Made by a program: the position numbers and the translations under genes
Assembly: GCA_002309675.1 (NCBI GenBank)
Contig: DBXX01000016.1
Location: forward strand, 5,374 to 69,373
Direction: 5' to 3'
Origin: Lachnospiraceae bacterium UBA1201
GTDB taxonomy: Bacteria; Bacillota; Clostridia; Lachnospirales; Lachnospiraceae
DNA length: 64,000 nt
Part shown: piece by piece, positions 52,508 to 62,191 of the stretch
Layout: the number at the start of each line of letters is the position of its first letter
Numbering within the stretch: the first letter of the stretch is position 1
The notes under the pieces: generated by a model
What the model saw: only the letters and a program-made list of their open reading frames with translations
What the model was told of the DNA's origin: nothing
Database searches by the model: none

Positions 52508-53638
52508 TCATTGATCCTGTCCCGCAAACGCCGTAGTCTTCAGCGGCGCGAGATCCGGCATCGTATCCATTTTGTAGTACATACGGTCGAAGTACGGCAG
52601 GAAGAGCTTTACGTCCTCTTCAATGACCGCGTGGCCGACCAGATGGAAATGTACCACCAAATGATCCTCCAGTCCATGCTCCGCATAAACTGCATTTGCC
52701 TTTTTGTAACACTCCCACATGGAAGGTGCATTGACCCAGTCTTCACCTGTGTAAGCAGCTATGATGAAGTAATACCGGTCTTCATCCATCGCCATCACGG
52801 GCAATGCATCCTGGTCCGGGGTAATATCCGACGGCTCCTTAAACTCCAGGAACCGGTCGACGAACCAACCGCGCTCTGCATCCGACTGCAGGCAACTAAG
52901 CGGTTCGTTCTGTGTGTAGGTGTAGGCCTGTGGGCCGCCGACCGATGAAAGGTCGTAGGTCCTGCCTTCGGAAACATAGTTATACTGTGCCAGGCCGCCC
53001 GCGCCCGAACAAGTCGGGATCGTCAGACGGAAGCGTTTTTCAAACGCCCCGCAGACTGCGGTTGCTTTACCCCAGCGGGATACGCCGGTCACCATGGAGG
53101 CTTCGGCATCTAGGCCGAATTCGATATCCAGTCCCGCATAAACGGCATCCAGAACTTTGGAAGCACCCCATGCCCACGCCATCAGACCACCGGTCTGGGT
53201 CGCAGGATCCTCCATATAAGGGTACAGATCGTAGAAGGCTCCGACACGACGAATGTCATCCGAAGCGATCTGGTAACAATCCATGAAAAAGACTGCAACT
53301 CCCTGCTCCAAAAGATAGTCCTTCGGGAAGATCGGATGCATGCAGATCAGAAACGGGAGACCTTTGTATTTCGAACTCCCGCCATGGCGAACAGCAAACG
53401 CCTCTCGCTGCTCCTGTGTCGGTATATAAGCATGGACAATGAACGAAGAAGTTCTGCCCTCCGCTTCGATCCGGATCTTCACTAATTCTCCGCCGATCGG
53501 AGCAAACGGGTTTTTCGGTTTCTCGGCACCTTCCACAGCGGCCGGATCCTCACCGAGTCTTTCATATGTGACACTTTCGCCTTCGCGCCAGATGCCGTAC
53601 ATCTTTTCCTCGTAAAACTTCTTAACGTCCATATTCAT
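52508..53638 (-). CDS. Carbohydrate esterase family 15-like (glucuronoyl esterase) protein, cytoplasmic
   Basis: GVSRWGKATAVCGAFEKRF matches the CE15 G-x-S-R-x-G-K nucleophile motif. No signal peptide is evident. Confidence 0.6.
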   Translation of the reverse strand: MNMDVKKFYEEKMYGIWREGESVTYERLGEDPAAVEGAEKPKNPFAPIGGELVKIRIEAEGRTSSFIVHAYIPTQEQREAFAVRHGGSSKYKGLPFLICMHPIFPKDYLLEQGVAVFFMDCYQIASDDIRRVGAFYDLYPYMEDPATQTGGLMAWAWGASKVLDAVYAGLDIEFGLDAEASMVTGVSRWGKATAVCGAFEKRFRLTIPTCSGAGGLAQYNYVSEGRTYDLSSVGGPQAYTYTQNEPLSCLQSDAERGWFVDRFLEFKEPSDITPDQDALPVMAMDEDRYYFIIAAYTGEDWVNAPSMWECYKKANAVYAEHGLEDHLVVHFHLVGHAVIEEDVKLFLPYFDRMYYKMDTMPDLAPLKTTAFAGQDQ

Positions 53639-53857
53639 TTCTGCCTTCCGCTTTATTGTCGATAATAGAATCGGTCTATCGGCTCTGAAACCACAAATGA
53701 TCCCTTATCGATCCAACACCATTAGAACTATTATAGTATATTCAACTTTTTATTTCAAGGCATTTAGCCCGAATTATTCATTTTCTTACATTTCTTGCAA
53801 AAATGCAAGAAGCAAAGATCTCCGAAACACTTGACGCATCCCGGAGACCTGTTTCTT

Positions 53858-54490
53858 TTATTCTTGCTCTTGTTTGTCTGTCAGCACTTTCTTCTGCCAG
53901 CTTCTCTCACCGCATTTGGGACATTTCATGAGACGTGTCCTGCCCATATGCGGCGCATTTAGTGTCCGAAAATACGTCGGGACCTGCCTGTATCCGCACT
54001 TTTGGCATTCATAGTATCCTGCTTTCTGTTCGATCATCACACCGACGAGTGCCATAACCAGAACAAACGTCATTCCGGTCACGATCAACAAGATCCGCGC
54101 CCATTGTGGGATGTCGGCATAGGCTCCCACCACGATCAGGCTAAACGCCGCTACAAAAGCAGGTATGCCAAACAGCATTTCGAGCATAAGCATACGTCGG
54201 TTCTGCTCCTCGATCTGCCGCTTCATCTCGATCATATTCTCTTCTGCTTTTTTGTCATATACTTCCGTCATGATCTTTTCGCCCGACAGGAGTTCATTTA
54301 CATTGATCTTCAGCAGTTCACTGAGTTCCAGCATGATTCCGGAATCCGGCATGGATCTTCCGTTCTCCCATTTGGAAACCGCACGATCGCTGATGCCGAG
54401 CTTCTCAGCCAGCGCCGCCTGTGTCATGCCCTGCTCCTTACGACAAGAAGCTATGAATTTTCCGATTTTGATCTGGTCCATATCGGGCAC
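53858..54490 (-). CDS. XRE-family HTH regulator with two TM helices and a C-terminal zinc ribbon
   Basis: The HTH is IGKFIASCRKEQGMTQAALAEKLGISDRAVSKWENGRSMP. The TMs are GIPAFVAAFSLIVVGAY and ILLIVTGMTFVLVMALVGVMI. The zinc ribbon is CQKCG...CPKCG. Confidence 0.8.
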   Translation of the reverse strand: MPDMDQIKIGKFIASCRKEQGMTQAALAEKLGISDRAVSKWENGRSMPDSGIMLELSELLKINVNELLSGEKIMTEVYDKKAEENMIEMKRQIEEQNRRMLMLEMLFGIPAFVAAFSLIVVGAYADIPQWARILLIVTGMTFVLVMALVGVMIEQKAGYYECQKCGYRQVPTYFRTLNAPHMGRTRLMKCPKCGERSWQKKVLTDKQEQE

Positions 54491-54600
54491 CTCCTTTCAT
54501 GGACGAGCATAGCCCATCCTGCGGCCAATGTACACATACCGCCGGTTGATTATTCATCGCTCAACTGCCGGTTGACATACGGATGTTGATCATAATTCTA

Positions 54601-55617
54601 TCAACGATCATCAAATTTCTTTGCGTTTCGGATCGCTTCCACCAGGTTCCTGCCGAAGGTCTCCGTTCCCAGACAGTTCGGGTGCAGATTATCCAGGAAG
54701 TATTCCTTCAGGTGCGGCACCATCTTGAAACCGTCCACGACTGTAACGTTCTTGTAACTGCCGGCGATCTTCTTGACATTCTCGCAGAAGCGTTCCAGCG
54801 TATCGAAACCTTCCGGGTGATCCCCACGCCAGAGCGGAGAAATGCACAGGATCGGGATCTCATTGCCATAGATGCCGATCAGCGTCTCGTAGTATTCTTC
54901 CACATCGGTCATGGTCTCCGCGCCGAACTGGTTCGTACCCAGAGCCACGATGATCTTATCGGGAGTGTAGCCGTCCATCTTCATCAGGGACTTCTTGTCG
55001 TATACGTAGCCGCCGATTCCCTGGTTGATGATATCATAGTTCAGAAGCCGGTTCGCCACGCTGACATAGGTCATGGCCGAACGAAGCGGTCCGAAGCCCT
55101 GGGTAATGGAATCCCCGAGCCACAGCACCTTCGCGTTCTTCTTCGGGCGCTCTGCGGGTGCATTGATCTCGCAGTTTTTAAGCAAAACCGTGGCATCCGA
55201 AGGCAGGTAAAGTACTACGTTCTTCTTTCCTTCAGGAAGCTCCCAGGTCAGTTTTCCTTCTATCGGCATGTCCCAAATGGGAAACCCTTCCGGCGTGTGC
55301 TTCGGCTCGACGCCGCTCTCCTTCAGAAGATCCAGAACGTACACGATCTTTGTGATCTGTCCGTCGATCGAAAGTTCAAACGTATCCGGCGAGCCCAGCC
55401 AGATGATCTTATAGTCGAACGAGAGCTTTGTAGCTTCGGTGACCATCTCGATGGTCTTTGCCGTAGTCGCCATGGACCGGTCATACCAGAAATCAAAGGC
55501 TCCCTTAAAGTAATCCATCTGCGCCTTCGTGTACTGGAACGCCTGCAACCATCCATCCTCGGTCTCCTCGAAGCTGTAGGCTCCGAAATAATACTTCTTC
55601 AGTTCTTCATTCGTCAT
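54601..55617 (-). CDS. SGNH/GDSL hydrolase family protein
   Basis: Block I is VLWLGDSITQG. The N-terminal domain is beta-sandwich-like. Confidence 0.75.
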   Translation of the reverse strand: MTNEELKKYYFGAYSFEETEDGWLQAFQYTKAQMDYFKGAFDFWYDRSMATTAKTIEMVTEATKLSFDYKIIWLGSPDTFELSIDGQITKIVYVLDLLKESGVEPKHTPEGFPIWDMPIEGKLTWELPEGKKNVVLYLPSDATVLLKNCEINAPAERPKKNAKVLWLGDSITQGFGPLRSAMTYVSVANRLLNYDIINQGIGGYVYDKKSLMKMDGYTPDKIIVALGTNQFGAETMTDVEEYYETLIGIYGNEIPILCISPLWRGDHPEGFDTLERFCENVKKIAGSYKNVTVVDGFKMVPHLKEYFLDNLHPNCLGTETFGRNLVEAIRNAKKFDDR

Positions 55618-55728
55618 GTTTCTCTTACCCCGCTCATTTCTTTTTTGGAAAATGTCCGGCTTTTCCCAACCGTTTACAAATCGTATCTATTATAGCACAC
55701 TTCATCAGTTTCGCCAAACGTTCTTTTT

Positions 55729-56619
55729 TCATTTCTCTGCGCGGTCAATGGCCTTATGCAGGGTATTCATCACGTGCTTCTTATCGGCACACCAGCGCGG
55801 TTCGATCAGAAGTTTCTTCGGTCCGTCGCCGGTGATCCGATGCACGATCGTCTCCTTCGGCAGGATACGCAGCGCCTTTACCAGCAGATTCGCATACTCC
55901 TCGAGTGTCATTACATGCCAGGGGTTCTCGGCGAATTCTTCCGCGATCTTCGTCCCGCGAAGGATCTGCAGCATCTGCAATTTCACTCCATCGAGGCATG
56001 GCGTCAGGCTCGCAAGGTAACGGACCGAATCAAGCATCGTCTCTTCATCCTCCCCGGGAAGCCCGAAGATCAGGTGGACGATCACAGTCAGCCCGGCCTC
56101 CTTAAGCCTCTGGTACGCGTCCTCGAACACGTTCCGGTCATAGCACCGGTTGATGCGTCGCGCAGTCGCCTCGTTTGCGGTCTGCAGGCCCAGTTCCACC
56201 CAGACCGGTTTGATGCGGTTCAGATCTTTCAGCATCGCGATCACATCGTCCCCTACGCAGTCCGGACGGGTCCCAAGAGACAGGATCACGATATCATCAC
56301 GAAGCACGGTCTCATAATATAGTTTCCGCAGCCGTTCCAAATCACCGTAGGTGTTCGTATAGGACTGAAAATAAGCGATGAAACGCGACCCGCTGGTCTT
56401 CGCAGAAACCAGTTCCTTCGCTTTTTCGATCTGCTCCGCGACCGGCGCCGGGGCTGCCGCAAACTCGCCGCTTCCGCCTTCAGAGCAGAACGAGCACCCG
56501 CCAAAACCGAGCGTTCCGTCCCGGTTCGGGCAGGTGCAGCCGCTTTGCAGCGCCAGCCGATAGATTTTCTCTCCATACTGTGCCTTAAGCACATCGGAAA
56601 TATAACGAACGTCCATCAT
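55729..56619 (-). CDS. Radical SAM protein, TIGR01212 (YhcC-like) family
   Basis: The Cys cluster is GCTCPNRDGTLGFGGCSFCSE, and the length and C-terminal region are typical of the family. Confidence 0.75.
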   Translation of the reverse strand: MMDVRYISDVLKAQYGEKIYRLALQSGCTCPNRDGTLGFGGCSFCSEGGSGEFAAAPAPVAEQIEKAKELVSAKTSGSRFIAYFQSYTNTYGDLERLRKLYYETVLRDDIVILSLGTRPDCVGDDVIAMLKDLNRIKPVWVELGLQTANEATARRINRCYDRNVFEDAYQRLKEAGLTVIVHLIFGLPGEDEETMLDSVRYLASLTPCLDGVKLQMLQILRGTKIAEEFAENPWHVMTLEEYANLLVKALRILPKETIVHRITGDGPKKLLIEPRWCADKKHVMNTLHKAIDRAEK

Positions 56620-57711
56620 TCACCTTTTTATCACCGATACATGGGTGATCCCATTTGCCTCATCCGGGTATTCGCGGTCGAACACCATCCCGATGGACTC
56701 GGCAGTTTTTATCGAAGCGATATTCGTGTACTTGCAGTAGGAATACAGCGCCGGATAGGACGTGCTCCGAAACGCCCAGTCCCGCACGGCCGCGGCCGCC
56801 TCCTTCGCGTAGCCCATGTTCTGCAGATCCCGGCGAATGTGATAGCCGATCTCCGGCAGCATTTCCCCGTCGATGTTCTGAAGTGTCAGACCGCAATCGC
56901 CGATCAGCTCACCGTTTTCCTTCCGGCACACACCCCACAGACCAAACCCGTACATTTGGTAACGCATGCGGTTCCGCTCGATCCAGTCACGAACACGCGC
57001 CTCGTCAAACTTATAGGGATAATGCTGCATGTTTTCCGGATCTCCCAGGACCGCATACAGCGCATCAAGATCGTTCAAAGTCAAAGGCCGGAGAAACAGG
57101 CGGTCCGTCTCCAGATGAAAGTCCGCAACATGTTTTTCCAGATCCGCGTGCTCCAAAAGCGCCTTCTTTACATCGATCTGATAGTCCACCACCATGCAGT
57201 GCAACTTCTCGTCTTCAAAATACTCCCGGATCCGCTCGCCGCCGAGCGCTTCCATGGTTTTCCACGAGGCCGGGTTTTTCAGATCCGCATCCATAAACAC
57301 CGTTTGGATTCCGTATTGATGGCACACCTTGAGCCCCAGGTACAGATTGATCTTGTTATATCCACGCGCACGCTCCGTAGGCCGAATGCTGTAACCGATA
57401 TGGCCGCCGTACTTCCTGAGCTGCTCATTGAGCGCAATGCGGATGTTGATCATCCCGATCACTTTATTATCATTTTCGCGTATCAGAAAAAACTCGCGTG
57501 CCGGGACCCTCTCCTCATTTGGTTGAGCCAAAGCGCGTTCCTCTGTCATCCGCAGCCAGCCTTCGTAATCCTCGGGAAAATGATTTAAGCCCCCGGCGCC
57601 GTTTAATGCAGAACGATACTCGGCAAATTCCCGCAAGTATTCAAACGCCGCCTCCTTACGGGCCGGACCCGGAACTTCCAGGTAAAACTTTTCCATAGGT
57701 ATTTCCTCCAT
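56620..57711 (-). CDS. Tandem GNAT acetyltransferase (two GNAT domains)
   Basis: There are two GNAT-like halves (..IRPTERARGYNKINL.. and ..IRRDLQNMGYAKEAAAAVRDWAF..). Its stop codon abuts the ATG of the downstream radical SAM gene. An alternative start is MEKFYLEV (57696). Confidence 0.7.
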   Translation of the reverse strand: MEEIPMEKFYLEVPGPARKEAAFEYLREFAEYRSALNGAGGLNHFPEDYEGWLRMTEERALAQPNEERVPAREFFLIRENDNKVIGMINIRIALNEQLRKYGGHIGYSIRPTERARGYNKINLYLGLKVCHQYGIQTVFMDADLKNPASWKTMEALGGERIREYFEDEKLHCMVVDYQIDVKKALLEHADLEKHVADFHLETDRLFLRPLTLNDLDALYAVLGDPENMQHYPYKFDEARVRDWIERNRMRYQMYGFGLWGVCRKENGELIGDCGLTLQNIDGEMLPEIGYHIRRDLQNMGYAKEAAAAVRDWAFRSTSYPALYSYCKYTNIASIKTAESIGMVFDREYPDEANGITHVSVIKR

Positions 57712-57764
57712 TTCTGTTGCAGGTTTTCACATACAACCATTAGCGAAACCCCTCGCAGATTTAA

Positions 57765-58274
57765 TCATTCGCATTTCAGCTGCACCGTCAGCACATGCCG
57801 CGTAGGCCAGAATTCGTATATATAAAGCGTGGTCACCTTTCCGGAAAATGCCCGGAATTCCTCCAGGACCACCTTCCGCGCTTCTTCGATCACCTCCGGC
57901 CTATCGATCAGGAGGGTCGTATGCGGCGACCACGGAAATTGATCGATTCTATCCGAAAAATGATCCTGGAGCTCCAGCATTTCCACACTGATCTTCGGAC
58001 GAACAAACAGGACTTCCCTTTCAGGGTTTTCAAACAGACCGAGGTTACTAAAGTCCACCTCAAAAGCCTCCATTGATCCGGACAATGCGCTCATCCGATC
58101 TTTCAGCTCCTGTTCTCCCGAAGTATCAAACTGCCCCAGCGTAAAATGCATGGGGATGTCCTTCGTCTGAGTTCCGGAAAAGCCCAGCTCGTACAAACGC
58201 TGCTGCATTCCAGCCAGTTTTGCTTCCGTCTCATCGTCATATCCGGCTAATACATATAAAGATTTTTCAGCCAT
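57765..58274 (-). CDS. 2H phosphoesterase / 2'-5' RNA ligase (LigT-like) family protein
   Basis: There are two HxTx motifs, HFTLGQF and PHTTLLI. Confidence 0.75.
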   Translation of the reverse strand: MAEKSLYVLAGYDDETEAKLAGMQQRLYELGFSGTQTKDIPMHFTLGQFDTSGEQELKDRMSALSGSMEAFEVDFSNLGLFENPEREVLFVRPKISVEMLELQDHFSDRIDQFPWSPHTTLLIDRPEVIEEARKVVLEEFRAFSGKVTTLYIYEFWPTRHVLTVQLKCE

Positions 58275-58329
58275 TATATTCCCTCTCGTAAAAAAGCCTG
58301 CTACTATTCGATTCCGTCATATCAGACCG

Positions 58330-58731
58330 TCAACACTTCATAAACCCTGTGCATCCGATCTCGGAAAACTCCCGAAATCCCATGGAACGGTAAAATGCCA
58401 CCGTTTTCGGCGTATTGTCCGTAGCCAGTTCCACCTGGCGCACGTGAGCGTATCGATCCAGAACAGCCGCAAGCAACGCGGAACCCACGCCCTTTCGCTG
58501 ATGCTCCGGATATACCAGGATGTCCTGGATAAAGACGATGGTCGCACCGTCGCCCACCACACGGATCAGACCCAGCAGTTCCTCGTTTTCGTAGGCCGCC
58601 AGTGTCAGCAGGGAGTTTCGGTAACCCTCCCGCAGCGCGGCCGGATCCGAGGTATAGGCCGCCCAGCCCACGGATGTATACAGGCTCAGTATTTCGTCTT
58701 CGTTGTAATTCGTATATTCTTTGATCTCCAT
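58330..58731 (-). CDS. GNAT family N-acetyltransferase
   Basis: The acetyl-CoA binding segment is QRKGVGSALLAAVLDR. Confidence 0.8.
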   Translation of the reverse strand: MEIKEYTNYNEDEILSLYTSVGWAAYTSDPAALREGYRNSLLTLAAYENEELLGLIRVVGDGATIVFIQDILVYPEHQRKGVGSALLAAVLDRYAHVRQVELATDNTPKTVAFYRSMGFREFSEIGCTGFMKC

Positions 58732-58792
58732 GATTCTATTCCACTTCGTAACTTTATTCTTCCGATCCGGATCTGCAACCGGAACGGTTTTC

Positions 58793-59059
58793 TCAGATCC
58801 AGCCGTAATCGCCGCCGGTCGTGGCCAGGCTCAGCAGCGTATCGTACGCTTCCACTTCTTCGCCTTCCAAAACCCGGATCAGCATGGCGCTTGGGGTCGC
58901 GTCCGGAGCTTCTTCATCCGGTCCGATCTCCATGTCCGGCTCCTCGCCGCAGTACGGACAAATCATCGCGGGCCGAATCTTCACATGCAAGAAGCGGTTG
59001 CCGCAATCCTTGCACTCATAAAACCCACATTTTTCCGTTCCATCAGGTACGTAATACAT
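58793..59059 (-). CDS. Small zinc-ribbon protein (88 aa)
   Basis: From MYYVPDGTEKCGFYECKDCGNRF...CPYCGEE, with the strong SD AAGGAGGAG. It overlaps the 3' end of the metallophosphoesterase gene by 17 nt. The longer ORF-track start is rejected. Confidence 0.6.
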   Translation of the reverse strand: MYYVPDGTEKCGFYECKDCGNRFLHVKIRPAMICPYCGEEPDMEIGPDEEAPDATPSAMLIRVLEGEEVEAYDTLLSLATTGGDYGWI

Positions 59060-60008
59060 GATCTCCTCCTTGTTTCCAGGCTTCATATGCCTGCTCCCAG
59101 GTCTCAACGCTAAACGGCCTTCTCGCATCGCCGATCGACTTTGCATACTCATTTACAAACTGCAGGAAAAATGTCAAATGCTCCCGCGCCGTGAGTAACT
59201 CCCGGATGATCACTTCGGTCCAGACCCTGGCCTCGGTAAACTGCGTCGTCTTCTTTAATTCTTCCACATACGCCGCCTTATCAAAAGGAACGCGGATCTC
59301 CTCGACTTCCACGGTCGCATCGTCCAGAACAGTCATGATCGAATAGGGGATGCTGTCCCGGATCGCATCGAGCGGCAGTCCGCAGGAACCCGGATTGATC
59401 AGAACTACGTTGCGGTCTTTCGCTTGAAACTTCCACTGCACATGCGAGTGTCCGAAGATATAGACGCCGTCTTCCAGCGCAGCTATTTTCTCCTGAAATT
59501 TCGGATCCTGCTCCAGGATCTCATGGATGTCCTTTTGCAGTTTTTCCGGAGTAACTTCCGCTTCCCCGTACCTTTCCGCCAGGATCGCCGGCCCGAACTT
59601 TCCGAACTCATACGCTCCGAGAAACTGCTCCGAAGAGTGAGCCACATGGATCTTCACGCCACCTGCTTCAAACTCCGTTACCTGCGGCAGCGACAGAATG
59701 TACTCCAGGTTCTCCTTTTGGATGTTCCGATAGTTCCAGTACGAGATCTGCATCTGCCCGTCGGTCCAGGTGCGCTGGTCCTTCCCGATCAGATTTTCCA
59801 GGTATCTCTCTTCATTTCCCCGGATGATGCATGCTCCCGGCAGCTCCTTCAGCGTCTGGATGCAGGCATCCGGCCAGGCTCCGCTCAGGCAGTAATCGCC
59901 CGCGATGATATATCGGTCAATGCCCCTCTTCGCGGCATCCTCCAGCACCTTCAAAAGCGCAAGGCAGTTGCCGTGCACATCCGAAAGGACCGCTAATCTT
60001 ATACTCAT
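59043..60008 (-). CDS. Metallophosphoesterase family protein
   Basis: Motifs are LAVLSDVHGN, IIAGDY, IRGNEE and GHSH. Confidence 0.8.
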   Translation of the reverse strand: MSIRLAVLSDVHGNCLALLKVLEDAAKRGIDRYIIAGDYCLSGAWPDACIQTLKELPGACIIRGNEERYLENLIGKDQRTWTDGQMQISYWNYRNIQKENLEYILSLPQVTEFEAGGVKIHVAHSSEQFLGAYEFGKFGPAILAERYGEAEVTPEKLQKDIHEILEQDPKFQEKIAALEDGVYIFGHSHVQWKFQAKDRNVVLINPGSCGLPLDAIRDSIPYSIMTVLDDATVEVEEIRVPFDKAAYVEELKKTTQFTEARVWTEVIIRELLTAREHLTFFLQFVNEYAKSIGDARRPFSVETWEQAYEAWKQGGDHVLRT

Positions 60009-60031
60009 TTTCCGTATCTTCTCCTGTAAAA

Positions 60032-60739
60032 CTATTCCAAACTTTGTAGCAAAGCAGCCAGCTGTGTGACCTCCCGGATCTGGTAGGTGGCATAGCCCAG
60101 TTCATCGGCCTCCGAATTTCGGTTGATCCACACCGTACGGAGCCCGGCCGTATGGGCGCCGACGATATCGGTCCGGTAGGTATCGCCGATATAGAGGATG
60201 TCATCCAAGGCGACCTCGGGATGCCGCTCGCTTAACTCGCGCAGCACCATCCCGAAAAGCTCCGGGCTCGGCTTCACACGGCCGAAATCCGCGCTGGACC
60301 AGATCTCTTCAAAGAACTCCGCGATTCCATTTAGGTCCAGCATGATACGAAGAGCGCCGGCAGTAAAGCCGCTGTTGGATAAAACCTACATGGGGATCCG
60401 TGCCCTGCGAAACGCATCGAGCATATCCGGAAGTCCATCCGGCACTTTCACTTCATTACACCGCATCAGAAATTCCGCCTCCGTCTTTGCATCCATGGGA
60501 ATGACCTTTCCCCCGAACTTTTCCGCGTAGTAGGGCAGTTCGTCCTTCACAAAAGCAAACTCCAGCCCCTTCTTATGCTGTTCCTGCATATAAACGAAGA
60601 GCTCCTCCCCATAGGTTTTGATCTCCTCGAAAGAGCATCTCTCCCGATAATGCCTCTCCCAAAAGGTCTTTAAGCCCCGATTAAAATCCAGGGAAATATC
60701 ATCGATCAATGTCTCAAACAAATCAAAAATCAATATCAT
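60032..60739 (-). pseudogene. HAD-superfamily hydrolase interrupted by a single in-frame TAG
   Basis: ORFs 60386..60739 and 60032..60343 are in the same frame (708 nt in total). Read across the TAG at 60386-60388, the sequence is ...AFRRARIPM*VLSNSGFTAGALRIMLDLNGI..., a continuous HAD core (SN motif, then K...GD motif YIGDTYRTDIVGAHTAG). Motif I is also atypical (FDLFETL). Confidence 0.65.
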
Positions 60740-60785
60740 ACGCTAACCTACCTGCCTGTTCGGCCACATTAACCATTCACACTTC

Positions 60786-61589
60786 TTATCGTTTTGCCTC
60801 CGCGATCCGGAGCAAAATCTCCGGGATCACCTGAAATCTCGAAACATTATAGACCGCTTTCTGCTCCGGCGTGCGAAGCACCAGCGATTCGCCGGTAGCG
60901 GAATTGTCCGATACGACCAAAAGGGCGATCGCAGGCTTCTCCATCAGATCCGCCATCAGGTAGAACGACGATGTCTCCTCTTCGATCAGCTTCACGTCAA
61001 AACTCTTGATAAAACCCATGTGCGCATATTCACATAATACGCTGTCCGTGCAGAACACGGGCACCTGCAGGATCTCATGCCCCATTTGGGCCATGAGATC
61101 CACGATGCTTGCAACGAACTCCGGATCGTTCGGGAAGACCTTTCCGAAGGGTTTATACGTCCGGAGATCCTCCGTGAGGTAACCATTGGCCAGGGTTCCC
61201 GAAATGCTGTAGGAAGGCGTGCAGATCGCGCCGATGCCGATCTCTTCGGATAGGGAACCCACGGCTCCCAAAAAGACCATCTGATCGAAATCCAGAAAGG
61301 CGCACAAGGCCAGCTCATCGATCAGGGAGCCGGCACCTGCGCTCGTCTGAATCCAGGCGATGCGAAAACCGTCCCCTATAACTTCAAACCCGGATTTGTA
61401 GGAATGCTTCGCGGTCGTCATGATCTCCACCGGAAATCCATTCAGGATCTTCGGCGGCGTCCAACCGGGAGCGACGACCAAAAGGTCATAATGTCGCTTC
61501 GTCGAAAGTCCGAACTCCGCCATGACCGCGGAATCATAATCGGACGTTGACGTATCGGCATCAAATAGTTCCTGTAAACGTTTCTTCAT
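60786..61589 (-). CDS. Phosphorylase (PNP/UDP-like) superfamily protein, tentative
   Basis: WIQTSAGAGSLIDELALCAFLDFDQMVFLGAVGSL resembles the nucleoside phosphorylase-I fold signature. The support is weak. Confidence 0.4.
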   Translation of the reverse strand: MKKRLQELFDADTSTSDYDSAVMAEFGLSTKRHYDLLVVAPGWTPPKILNGFPVEIMTTAKHSYKSGFEVIGDGFRIAWIQTSAGAGSLIDELALCAFLDFDQMVFLGAVGSLSEEIGIGAICTPSYSISGTLANGYLTEDLRTYKPFGKVFPNDPEFVASIVDLMAQMGHEILQVPVFCTDSVLCEYAHMGFIKSFDVKLIEEETSSFYLMADLMEKPAIALLVVSDNSATGESLVLRTPEQKAVYNVSRFQVIPEILLRIAEAKR

Positions 61590-61592
61590 GAA

Positions 61593-62150
61593 TCAAACTC
61601 CTGTTATGCTCTGTGAAAGCCACTCTTCCAGTCCGCGGTCCGACCACATCTGAACCTCAACGTAGCATTCGGGACCGAATTTGAAGTCCGGATTCCAGAT
61701 CTGCGGCAGTCCGTACCGGTCAATGATCTCCGGTATTTCGTCGTAGGTATAGAGGCGATTTCGGTATTCCTTCCCGTCCTTCACATTTCCGCTGAAGGTA
61801 GGATGGGAGTCCCCATAGGTAAAGGAAAGCGTCCGAGGATCCAGTCTCTTTGTATCGATGGTGATGTAGGCCGGATGTTCATACCATTTTTCAAAAAAAG
61901 GCACCGCCTCCACGACCAGATAGTGCGGGGTTTCCCGCTCTATAAGACCGCCTTTCTTTAAGAATTCCGCCCTCAGGATCCCTTCAAAACGTCTTCGTTT
62001 CTGCAGGTAGTCCTCCGGCCGTTTCGCCAGAAAGATATCGGGTTTTTCCCTGCGGATCCGCTGCAGGACCTCTTCTGCCTGCTCATCCGGCAGCTCCGAT
62101 ATGCTGCGAAACGGACCGATCTCTTTTTCGTAATAGTGATACAACAGCAT
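61593..62150 (-). CDS. Hypothetical cytoplasmic protein (185 aa)
   Basis: The ORF is clean and ends 4 nt upstream of the next gene. I recognise no motif. Confidence 0.5.
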   Translation of the reverse strand: MLLYHYYEKEIGPFRSISELPDEQAEEVLQRIRREKPDIFLAKRPEDYLQKRRRFEGILRAEFLKKGGLIERETPHYLVVEAVPFFEKWYEHPAYITIDTKRLDPRTLSFTYGDSHPTFSGNVKDGKEYRNRLYTYDEIPEIIDRYGLPQIWNPDFKFGPECYVEVQMWSDRGLEEWLSQSITGV

Positions 62151-62191
62151 GTTTCAAGCCTCCTTTATGACAGTGGGGACGGTTCTTTTTG

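Noticed and set aside
60386-60388. The in-frame TAG in the HAD gene as a pyrrolysine codon or a sign of stop-codon reassignment.
   Set aside because: TAG clearly terminates other genes here, for example at 17392-17394 and 16151-16153. No pyl genes are visible in the window. A nonsense mutation or sequencing error is the simpler reading.
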